NCBI GenBank assembly: GCA_030141605.1
Contig: JAQGDQ010001665.1
Span: forward strand, 1-30,587
Origin: Tubiluchus corallicola
Taxonomy: Eukaryota > Animalia > Priapulida
Length of the DNA: 30,587 bases
Reading direction: 5' to 3'
Shown here: positions 1 to 11,227 of the stretch, piece after piece
How the letters are laid out: every line of letters begins with the position of its first letter
Position numbering within the stretch: position 1 is the first letter of the stretch
Program-made: the position numbers and the translations under genes
The notes under the pieces: generated by a model
Database searches by the model: none
Told to the model about the DNA's origin: nothing
Seen by the model: the letters and a program-made list of their open reading frames with translations, nothing else

Positions 1-3000
1 AACTACGTACAAGTGAATCCCACAGTTCCATACAAGGATTCATAACTACGTACAAGTGAATCCCACAGTTCCATGCAAGGATTTATAACTACGTACAAGT
101 GAATCCCACAGTTCCATGCAAGGATTTATAACTACGTACAAGTGAATCCCACAGTTCCATGCAAGGATTCATAACTACGTACAAGTGAATCCCACAGTTC
201 CATACAAGGATTCATAACTATGTACAAGTGAATCCCACAGTTCCATACAAGGATTTATAACTATGTACAAGTGAATCCCACAGTTCCATACAAGGATTCA
301 TAGCTACGTACAAGTGAATCCCACAGTTCCATACAAGGATTCATAACTATGTACAAGTGAATCCCACAGTTCCATACAAGGATTTATAACTACGTACAAG
401 TGAATCCCACAGTTCCATGCAAGGATTCATAACTACGTACAAGTGAATCCCACAGTTCCATGCAAGGATTCATAACTACGTACAAGTGAATCCCACAGTT
501 CCATGCAAGGATTTATAACTATGTACAAGTGAATCCCACAGTTCCATGCAAGGATTCATAACTACGTACAAGTGAATCCCACAGTTCCATGCAAGGATTT
601 ATAACTACGTACAAGTGAATCCCACAGTTCCATGCAAGGATTCATAGCTACGTACAAGTGAATCCCACAGTTCCATGCAAGGATTCATAACTATGTACAA
701 GTGAATCCCACAGTTCCATGCAAGGATTCATAACTACGTACAAGTGAATCCCACAGTTCCATGCAAGGATTCATAACTACGTACAAGTGAATCCCACAGT
801 TCCATACAAGGATTCATAACTTTGTACAAGTGAATCCCACAGTTCCATGCAAGGATTCATAACTACGTACAAGTGAATCCCACAGTTCCATGCAAGGATT
901 TATAACTATGTACAAGTGAATCCCACAGTTCCATGCAAGGATTCATAACTACGTACAAGTGAATCCCACAGTTCCATACAAGGATTCATAACTACGTACA
1001 AGTGAATCCCACAGTTCCATACAAGGATTTATAACTACGTACAAGTGAATCCCACAGTTCCATGCAAGGATTCATAACTATGTACAAGTGAATCCCACAG
1101 TTCCATGCAAGGATTCATAACTACGTACAAGTGAATCCCACAGTTCCATGCAAGGATTCATAACTACGTACAAGTGAATCCCACAGTTCCATACAAGGAT
1201 TCATAACTACGTACAAGTGAATCCCACAGTTCCATGCAAGGATTCATAACTACGTACAAGTGAATCCCACAGTTCCATGCAAGGATTTATAACTATGTAC
1301 AAGTGAATCCCACAGTTCCATGCAAGGATTCATAACTACGTACAAGTGAATCCCACAGTTCCATACAAGGATTCATAACTATGTACAAGTGAATCCCACA
1401 GTTCCATACAAGGATTCATAACTATGTACAAGTGAATCCCACAGTTCCATGCAAGGATTCATAACTACGTACAAGTGAATCCCACAGTTCCATACAAGGA
1501 TTCATAACTATGTACAAGTGAATCCCACAGTTCCATACAAGGATTCATAGCTACGTACAAGTGAATCCCACAGTTCCATGCAAGGATTAATAATTACGCA
1601 CAAGTGAATCACACAGTTCCATGCAAGGATTTATAACTACGTACAAGTGAATCCCACAGTTCCATGCAAGGATTCATAGCTACGTACAAGTGAATCCCAC
1701 AGTTCCATACAAGGATTCATAACTACGTACAAGTGAATCCCACAGTTCCATGCAAGGATTCATAACTACGTACAAGTGAATCACACAGTTCCATGCAAGG
1801 ATTCATAATTATGTACAAGTGAATCCCACAGTTTCATGCAAGGATTCATAGCTACGTACAAGTGAATCCCACAGTTTCATGCAAGGATTCATAGCTACGT
1901 ACAAGTGAATCCCAGTTTCATGCAAGGATTCATAACTACGTACAAGTGAATCCCACAGTTTCATGCAAGGATTCATAACTACGTACAAGTGAATCCCACA
2001 GTTCCATGCAAGGATTTATAACAACGTACAAGTGAATCCCACAGTTCCGTACAAGGATTCATGACTACGTACAAGTGAATTTCACAGTTCCATACAAGGA
2101 TTCATAACTACGTACAAGTGAATCACACAGTTCCATACAAGGATTCATAACTACGTACAAGTGAATCCCACAGTTTCATACAAGGATTCATAATTACGTA
2201 CAAGGGAATCACACAGTTCCATGCAAGGATTCATAATTACGTACAAGTGAATCACACAGTTCCATGCAAGGATTCATAACTTTGTACAAGTGAATCCCAC
2301 AGTTCCATGCAAGGATTCATAACTACGTACAAGTGAATCCCACAGTTCCATGCAAGGATTCATAGCTACGTACAAGTGAATCCTACAGTTCCATGCAAGG
2401 ATTTATAACTATGTACAAGTGAATCCCACAGTTCCATGCAAGGATTCATAACTATGTACAAGTGAATCCCATAGTTCCATACAAGGATTCATAACTACGT
2501 ACAAGTGAATCCCACAGTTCCATACAAGGATTTATAACTACGTACAAGTGAATCCCACAGTTCCATACAAGGATTCATAACTACGTACAAGTGAATCCTA
2601 CAGTTCCATACAAGGATTCATAGCTACGTACAAGTGAATCCCACTGTTCCATGCAAGGATTCATAGCTACGTACAAGTGAATCCCACAGTTCCATGCAAG
2701 GATTCATAGCTACGTACAAGTGAATCCCACAGTTCCATGCAAGGATTTATAACTACGTACAAGTGAATCCCACAGTTCCGTACAAGGTTTCATAACTATG
2801 TACAAGTGAATCCCACAGTTCCGTGCAAGGATTCATAACTACGTACAAGTGAATCCCACAGTTCCATGCAAGGATTCATAACTACGTACAAGTGAATCCC
2901 ACAGTTTCATGCAAGGATTCATAACTACGCACAAGTGAATCCCACAGTTCCATGCAAGGATTTATAACTACGTACAAGTGAATTCCACAGTTCCATGCAA

Positions 3001-6000
3001 GGATTTATAACTACGTACAAGTGAATCACACAGTTCTATGCAAGGATTTATAACTATGCACAAGTGAATCCCACAGTTCCATGCAAGGATTCATAACTAC
3101 GTACAAGTGAATCCCACAGTTCCATACAAGGATTCATAGCTACGTACAAGTGAATCACACAGTTCCATACAAGGATTTATAACTACGTACAAGTGAATCC
3201 CACAGTTCCATGCAATGATTCATAACTATGTACAAGTGAATCCCACAGTTCCATGCAAGGAGTACAAGTGAATCCCACAGTTCCATGCAAGGATTCATAA
3301 CTACGTACAAGTGAATCACACAGTTCCATGCAAGAATTCACAACTACGCACAAGTGAATCACACAGTTCCATGCAAGGATTTATAACTATGTACAAGTGA
3401 ATCACACAGTTCCATACAAGGATTTATAACTACGCACAAGTGAATCACACAGTTCCATACAAGGATTCATAACTACGTACAAGTGAATCCCACAGTTCCA
3501 TACAAGGATTCATAACTACGTACAAGTGAATCGCACAGTTCCATACAAGGATTCATAACTACGTACAAGTGAATCACACAGTTCCATGCAAGGATTCATA
3601 ACTATGTACAAGTGAATCCCACAGTTCCATGCAAGGATTTATAACTACGTACAAGTGAATCACACAGTTCTATGCAAGGATTTATAACTATGCACAAGTG
3701 AATCCCACAGTTCCATACAAGGATTCATAACTACGTACAAGTGAATCACACAGTTCCATACAAGGATTCATAACTACGTACAAGTGAATCACACAGTTCC
3801 ATACAAGGATTCATAACTAGGTACAAGTGAATCCCACAGTTCCATGCAAGGATTAATAACTACGTACAAGTGAATCCCACAGTTCCATGCAAGGATTCAT
3901 AACTATGCACAAGTGAATCCCACAGTTCCATACAAGGATTCATAACTATGTACAAGTGAATCCCACAGTTCCATGCAAGGATTCATAACTACGTACAAGT
4001 GAATCCCACAGTTCCATACAAGGATTCATAACTATGTACAAGTGAATCCCACAGTTCCATACAAGGATTCATAACTACGTACAAGTGAATCCCACAGTTC
4101 CATACAAGGATTTATAACTACGTACAAGTGAATCCCACAGTTCCATACAAGGATTCATAACTACGTACAAGTGAATCCCACAGTTCCATACAAGGATTCA
4201 TAACTGCGTACAAGTGAATCACACAGTCCCATACAAGGATTCATAATTAAGTACAAGTGAATCACACAGTTCCATGCAAGGATTCATAACTACGTACAAG
4301 TGAATCACACAGTTCCATGCAAGGATTCATAACTACGTACAAGTGAATCCCACAGTTCCATACAAGGATTCATAACTACGTACAAGTGAATCCCACAGTT
4401 CCATGCAAGGATTTATAACTACGTACAAGTGAATCCCACAGTTCCATACAAGGATTCATAACTACGTACAAGTGAATCCCACAGTTCCATACAAGGATTC
4501 ATAACTACGTACAAGTGAATCCCACAGTTCCATACAAGGATTCATAACTACGTACAAGTGAATCCCACAGTTCCATGCAAGGATTCATAACTATGTACAA
4601 GTGAATCCCACAGTTCCATGCAAGGATTCATAACTACGTACAAGTGAATCCCACAGTTCCATGCAAGGATTCATAACTACGTACAAGTGAATCCCACAGT
4701 TCCATACAAGGATTCATAACTATGTACAAGTGAATCCCACAGTTCCATGCAAGGATTCATAACTACGTACAAGTGAATCCCACAGTTCCATACAAGGATT
4801 CATAACTACGTACAAGTGAATCCCACAGTTCCATACAAGGATTCATAACTATGTACAAGTGAATCCCACAGTTCCATGCAAGGATTCATAACTACGCACA
4901 AGTGAATCCCACAGTTCCATACAAGGATTGATAACTACGTACAAGTGAATCCCACAGTTCCATGCAAGGATTCATAACTACGTACAAGTGAATCCCACAG
5001 TTCCATGCAAGGATTCATAACTACGTACAAGTGAATCCCACAGTTCCATACAAGGATTCATAACTACGTACAAGTGAATCCCACAGTTCCATGCAAGGAT
5101 TCATAACTACGCACAAGTGAATCCCACAGTTCCATACAAGGATTTATAACTACGTATAAGTGAATCACACAGTTCCATACAAGGATTCATAACTACGTAC
5201 AAGTGAATCCCACAGTTCCATACAAGGATTCATAACTATGTACAAGTGAATCCCACAGTTCCATGCAAGGATTCATAACTACGTACAAGTGAATCCCACA
5301 GTTCAAGGCAAGGATTTATAACTATGTACAAGTGAATCCCACAGTTCCATACAAGGTTTCATAACTACGTACAAGTGAATCCCACAGTTCCATGCAAGGA
5401 TTCATAACTATGTACAAGTGAATCCCACAGTTCCATACAAGGATTTATAACTACGTACAAGTGAATCCCACAGTTCCATGCAAGGATTCATAACTACGTA
5501 CAAGTGAATCCCACAGTTCCATGCAAGGATTCATAACTATGTACAAGTGAATCCCACAGTTCCATACAAGGATTTATAACTACGTACAAGTGAATCCCAC
5601 AGTTCCATGCAAGGATTCATAACTACGTACAAGTGAATCCCACAGTTCCATGCAAGGATTCATAACTACGTACAAGTGAATCCCACAGTTCCATGCAAGG
5701 ATTCATAACTATGTACAAGTGAATCCCACAGTTCCATGCAATCCCACAGTTTCATGCAAGGATTCATAACTACGTACAAGTGAATCCCACAGTTCCATGC
5801 AAGGATTCATAACTACGTACAAGTGAATCCCACAGTTCCATGCAAGGATTCATAACTACGTACAAGTGAATCCCACAGTTCCATGCAAGGATTCATAACT
5901 ATGTACAAGTGAATCCCACAGTTCCATGCAAGGATTCATAACTACGTACAAGTGAATCCCGCAGTTCAATGCAAGGATTTATAACTATGTACAAGTGAAT

Positions 6001-6840
6001 CCCACAGTTCCATACAAGGATTCATAACTACGTACAAGTGAATCCCACAGTTCCATGCAAGGATTCATAACTACGTACAAGTGAATCCCACAGTTCCATG
6101 CAAGGATTCATAACTACGTACAAGTGAATCCCACAGTTCCATACAAGGATTCATAACTACGTACAAGTGAATCCCACAGTTCCATACAAGGATTCATAAC
6201 TACGTACAAGTGAATCCCACAGTTCCATGCAAGGATTCATAACTACGTACAAGTGAATCCCACAGTTCCATGCAAGGATTCATAACTACGTACAAGTGAA
6301 TCCCACAGTTCCATGCAAGGATTCATAACTACGTACAAGTGAATCCCACAGTTCCATGCAAGGATTCATAACTACGTACAAGTGAATCCCACAGTTCCAT
6401 GCAAGGATTCATAACTACGTACAAGTGAATCCCACAGTTCCATGCAAGGATTCATAACTACGTACAAGTGAATCCCACAGTTCCATGCAAGGATTCATAA
6501 CTATGTACAAGTGAATCCCACAGTTCCATGCAAGGATTCATAACTATGTACAAGTGAATCCCACAGTTCCATGCAAGGATTCATAACTATGTACAAGTGA
6601 ATCCCACAGTTCCATGCAAGGATTCATAACTATGTACAAGTGAATCCCACAGTTCCATACAAGGATTCATAACTACGTACAAGTGAATCCCACAGTTCCA
6701 TGCAAGGATTCATAACTACGTACAAGTGAATCCCACAGTTCCATACAAGGATTCATAACTACGTACAAGTGAATCCCACAGTTCCATACAAGGATTCATA
6801 ACTACGTACAAGTGAATCCCACAGTTCCGTGCAAGGATTC
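1..6840. repeat. 43-bp tandem satellite array, ~159 copies, truncated by the left window edge
   Basis: Consensus AACTAYGTACAAGTGAATCCCACAGTTCCATRCAAGGATTYAT repeats head-to-tail with no spacers. Irregular units: 2-bp deletion at ~1912, 11-bp deletion at ~3261, 18-bp partial duplication at ~5741. Confidence 0.99.
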
Positions 6841-6841
6841 G

Positions 6842-7057
6842 TACATGTTGACAGTCGTGTACAAATACGTGTTGACAGTCGTGTACAGATACGTGTTGAC
6901 AGTCGTGCACAAATACGTGTTGACAGTCGTGTACAGATACATGTTGACAGTCGTGTACAAATACGTGTTGACAGTCGTGTACAGATACATGTTGACAGTC
7001 GTGTACAAATACGTGTTGACAGTCGTGTACAGATACGTGTTGACAGTCGTATACAGA
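6842..7057. repeat. 24-bp minisatellite M1, 9 copies
   Basis: Unit TACRTGTTGACAGTCGTGTACARA. The AAA/AGA ends alternate, giving a 48-bp super-period. It explains the periodic ORFs at 6716-7089. Confidence 0.97.
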
Positions 7058-7752
7058 TTTGTAAATTGATACTTGTGAATGATTATTAACTATGAAAAGT
7101 CAAAGGAAAATGTGTATACCATGTGATGCATTTGAAAAACATTGATGGCTCATTGCTTAACAAAAGCGTCTGTAGCTTTTACTCGATAAATGAATCTGGT
7201 TTGGCAGGTTCTTCAGGTTTTAGTTCATGGTTTTTAACAAGTTCATTTTTGGATATTGTAGTAGTAGTTAAAACAAGAAGTCTGTAATACACTTTTAATC
7301 TATATAATTGAGATGTACCATCTCTGTTGCCAACATCAGAACATGTTTTTTATATACTAATCCCACTGCTTACTCAAGTTGTCAAATCCAATACATCACA
7401 CTAACATGCACACACACACACCCGCACACATTTAATGGTATAAAAATACACTACACTATATCACACATATTAAACTAAATAATACATATTAAATTATGTT
7501 TTACTTTTAAAATTGTTTTATATCAAAACTCACAAATTACATCATATAATAACACTACATCTAAAATTACATATTATACTAAAAAGTTATTACAGTACTT
7601 TTAAAAATTGCTTACTAATACAGTGTACAGACAATTTTCGGTAGCACAGTATTTATAATAGAAGCTTTAATTTAGTTTACAATATACAGGTCAACAAAAT
7701 AACAGACAGTTTTGCATCAATTTTGCACCCAAGTGTGTCCTATGGATACATA

Positions 7753-8220
7753 CACTCAACCTTGGATATAAGGGACACCTCCAGAAAAAAATCGTCCCTT
7801 ATATCAGATGTCCCTTATAGCCGAAGTTGAGTCAGACCGAGGGTGTATCTAGACATGTACTTTTTCTGTACTTTTACCCACATTTTTATGGATTTTTGCT
7901 ACACATTCAGTGCAAACAGCATGTAGGAAGCTCCTTCAGTGATGTGAGATGTATGTGACTGCGGAACCTGAGCTGTTCGAAGGCGGAGTTTGTGAAAAAT
8001 TGAGGTTAAAAATCGATCAATTTCGCTTTGATTATAGGGTCCCTTATATGCGAGGTAATTTACCTGGGTTTCTATTATGCGGGACCTGAAGATATCGTCC
8101 CTTATTAACTGAAGGTACCTTATATGCGAGTACCTTATATATGAAGATTTTTACATAAGAAAAACGTTACAAAAAATTGGGACCGGTGTTTGTGGTCCCT
8201 TATAAGCAAAAACCTTATAC
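7753..8220. mobile_element. Probable Tc1/pogo-type non-autonomous element (MITE) with subterminal repeats
   Basis: Starts TA-CACTCAACCTTGGATATAAGGGAC, resembling pogo/Tigger-type termini. It has an inverted partner at ~7810-7832 and recurring GTCCCTTATA/TACCTTATA motifs up to ~8220. The right end is not clearly defined. Confidence 0.55.
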
Positions 8221-8634
8221 CTATTTGTCAAAGACTATTGCTTTAGCAAATGAATATTTTTCTAGTCAAAATAAATACTCCTATTTTTCAACTCTAGCTT
8301 CATAAATTGAACCTGAGCTGCAATGGTGGTTGGTTGTTCATTCGTTCGTTAGTCAGTGGGTAAGTTGGCGAGCCAACCAGTTAGTTAATCAAGCAATCTG
8401 CCGTAAGTTACTCTGTTAGCCAGTTAGTTCGCTAATTGGTAATCATTTCTTTTTTCTTTTTATCGTCTTTTGTTTATTTGCACATAGATTTAAGTAATCC
8501 ATGACTAACTGACTGACCAACAGCTAGTGTGTTTTAATGGTTGATGCCGCAAGTATTCAAACAGAACATTAAAGTCACCAGTCTGTCTTTTTTACAACAG
8601 ACGACTATCATGATTAAACGATGGCATCTGTAAC

Positions 8635-8786
8635 ATGTTGACTCACTGTATTGTCTATGTTGACTCATTGTAATGTCTATGTTGACTCATTTTACTGTCT
8701 ATGTTGACTCATTGTAATGTCTATGTTAACTCATTGTAATGTCTATGTTGACTCGTTGTAATGTCTATGTTGACTCATTGTCTATG
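8635..8786. repeat. 22-bp minisatellite, ~7 copies
   Basis: Unit ATGTTGACTCATTGTAATGTCT. The last partial unit overlaps the ZF-A stop codon. It is absent from unit B. Confidence 0.95.
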
Positions 8787-10044
8787 CCGTATGAGTATTC
8801 ATGTGCCTGAGAAGATGACCTCGCTGAGAAAATGATTTGTCACACAAGTCACATCTGTGGGGTTTCAATCCAGTATGAGTGTTCATGTGCATGAGAAGAC
8901 TACCTCGCACAGAAAATGATTTGTCACATAAGTCACATTTGTGGGGTTTCAATCCAGTGTGAGTGCTCTTGTGAATGAGAAGATTACCTCGCTGAGAAAA
9001 TGATTTGTCACATAAGTCACATTTGTGGGGTTTCAATCCAGTGTGAGCGTTCATGTGCCCAAGAAGATGATGACGGCGAGAAAATGATTTGTCACATAAG
9101 TCACATTTGTGGGGTTTCATTCCAGTATGAGTGTTCATGTGCTTGAGAAGACTACCTCGCTGAGCAAATGATTTGTCACATAAGTCACATCTGTGGGGTT
9201 TCAATCCAGTATGAGTGTACATGTGTCTGAGAAGATTACTTCGGACAGAAAATGATTTGTCACATAAGTCACATTTGTGGGGTTTCAATCCAGTGTGAGT
9301 GTTCATGTGACTGAGAAGATCACTTCGGGCAGAAAATGATTTGTCACATAAATCACATTTGTGGGGTTTCAATCCAGTATGAGTGTTCATGTGCCTGAGA
9401 AGGCTACCTCGCTCAGAAAATGATTTGTCACATAAATCACATCTGTGGGGTTTCAATCCAGTATGAGTGTTCATGTGCCTGAGAAGATGACCTCGCTCAG
9501 AAAATGATTTGTCACATAGGTCACATCTGTGGGGTTTCAATCCAGTGTGAGTGTTCATGTGCTTGAGAAGATGACCTCGCCCAGAAAATGATTTGTCACA
9601 TAAGTCACATTTGTGGGGTTTCAATCCAGTGTGAGTGTTCATGTGCTTGAGAAGATCACCTCGCGCAGAAAATGATTTGTCACATAAGTCACATTTGTGG
9701 GGTTTCATTCCAGTATGAGCGTTCATGTGCCCAAGAAGATGATGAAGGCGAGAAAATGATTTGTCACATAAGTCACATTTATGGGGCTTCATTCCAGTAT
9801 GAGTGTTCATGTGTGCAAGAAGATTACCTCGCTGAGAAAATGATTTGTCACATAAGTCACATTTGTGGGGTTTCATTCCAGTATGAGTGTTCATGTGTGC
9901 AAGAAGATTACCTCGCTGAGAAAATGATTTGTCACATAAGTTACATTTGTGGGGTTTCAATCCAGTATGAGTGTTAATGTGCCTGAGAAGATGACCTCGC
10001 TGAGAGAATGATTTGTCACATAAATCACATCTGTGGGGTTTCAT
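8782..10044 (-). CDS. C2H2 zinc-finger array protein A, 15 tandem fingers, no effector domain visible
   Basis: 420-aa ORF = 15 x 28-aa units of C-x2-C-x3-F-x5-L-x2-H-x3-H with TG(L/M)KP linkers. All Zn ligands are intact. A candidate 3' splice site lies at 10216-10217 and a minus-strand AATAAA at 8473-8478. The true start codon is uncertain. Confidence 0.9.
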   Translation of the reverse strand: MKPHRCDLCDKSFSQRGHLLRHINTHTGLKPHKCNLCDKSFSQRGNLLAHMNTHTGMKPHKCDLCDKSFSQRGNLLAHMNTHTGMKPHKCDLCDKSFSRLHHLLGHMNAHTGMKPHKCDLCDKSFSARGDLLKHMNTHTGLKPHKCDLCDKSFSGRGHLLKHMNTHTGLKPHRCDLCDKSFSERGHLLRHMNTHTGLKPHRCDLCDKSFSERGSLLRHMNTHTGLKPHKCDLCDKSFSARSDLLSHMNTHTGLKPHKCDLCDKSFSVRSNLLRHMYTHTGLKPHRCDLCDKSFAQRGSLLKHMNTHTGMKPHKCDLCDKSFSRRHHLLGHMNAHTGLKPHKCDLCDKSFSQRGNLLIHKSTHTGLKPHKCDLCDKSFSVRGSLLMHMNTHTGLKPHRCDLCDKSFSQRGHLLRHMNTHTA

Positions 10045-10288
10045 TCTTGTGTAATGTTCAGATTTCTATCAAAGTATGCTTCAATAGCAAAAATATTTCT
10101 TGTACTGACCACAACTGCAAGCTTTAAGTACGTTTATCCACAACTGCCGACACTCGGTTTCCTAAGATTGCAGATCACATTTGCGAGACTTCAGTTCACG
10201 TGCAGGAGGCGACAACTATATTGAAAAGAAACCAAAAATAAAATTTACAGTTAATAATGCAGCATCCATATTGAGCGCGTTATTATTA

Positions 10289-10834
10289 CAGTAAACTCGG
10301 CATAACTCATGTTCAAACAACTCAAATTTTCACCTATCTCAAAGAATTTCAGCAGAAGGGATGAAATCCTTCATTTTTCCCACAAAAAACATCTAAATCA
10401 AATAAAAAATTATGGTCCATTTAATCAAAAAACAGGTAAACCTACTTCTCCTAACTAAAAAAATGCAATTTATACTAAAAAAATGAAAAAGTTTTGTATA
10501 ACTCAAAAACAGTATCGTCTTCCTGGAAAATTCTGATGTCTTACAAGTCGTGCCCGCATCCCCCCCAATTATTTTCTCCGGGATAGATCTTTGCGTGTTG
10601 TGTATGTGTCATCTTGCAGCACAAAAAATCGTGTTTCACTGCATAATTTGTTATTTTTTATGTAATTGTCATCAAATCTCGTCCTTTATGTTTAGAAGGG
10701 TCGACTTTCTGTCTTCTGTTTAGCTCGCCATCTGGAGGAGAGGTTTAGAGTTTCTATGCTGAAAAATGGTCGACATCGCCAAACTCAAAAGGTTTTTTCA
10801 GTCCGTTTAAATTTGAGTTATGCAGATTTTACTG
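10289..10834. mobile_element. Tc1/pogo-like MITE (~546 bp), copy A
   Basis: Imperfect TIRs CAGTAAACTCGGCATAACTC / GAGTTATGCAGATTTTACTG. Left flank is TA, right flank is TG here but TA in copy B. Internal TAACTCAAA-like repeats, no coding capacity. Confidence 0.75.
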
Positions 10835-11227
10835 TGTAACCATGCAACAGGTTTCAACTTTAAGAACTCAATCTAGAAACTTTGTCTCTACTGATCCTCA
10901 AGCAAATTGCGCTAATAAGCATCATGGAGGCAGCGACAAATTAACCATTGGGCTATAGACTCAAGCCCTAATTTATAATAGGGCCCCAAAATCCAAAGAC
11001 TGATGACCAATCAAACAGAGATTATGCAAGTTAGTAAACAGGATAGCAAAATTATCTAAACTGAACATGCTAAAGATGAGTATGTTTCAACTTGTTTATT
11101 GAGTGACTAGTGAAACCATTATTAAACTATAAATCAAGCCAAAAAGAAGAATAAAAAATACATTAATAATAGAAAGGCACAAACTGAAACTATAGTTTAA
11201 CAAAATATTAGAACTTAACTTATCAAA

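Noticed and set aside
1-6840. CRISPR array (palindromic ~40-bp repeats)
   Set aside because: There are no unique spacers and no cas genes, and the context is eukaryotic. It is a plain tandem satellite.
6716-7089. Four periodic ORFs (HDCQHVFV, YVLTVVYK and similar); likewise 25953-26198
   Set aside because: They are stop-free frames of the 24-bp minisatellite on both strands, with no independent coding evidence.
10031-10060. Origin of the satellite from a ZF half-unit (CTGTGGGATTCACTTGT vs CTGTGGGGTTTCATTCTTGT; 43 is about 84/2)
   Set aside because: The match is short and gapped and does not extend over the monomer. It is indistinguishable from chance by eye.
9672-10224. Plus-strand ORFs of 101 and 63 aa
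   Set aside because: They are antisense shadows of the ZF repeat and its fossil fingers.
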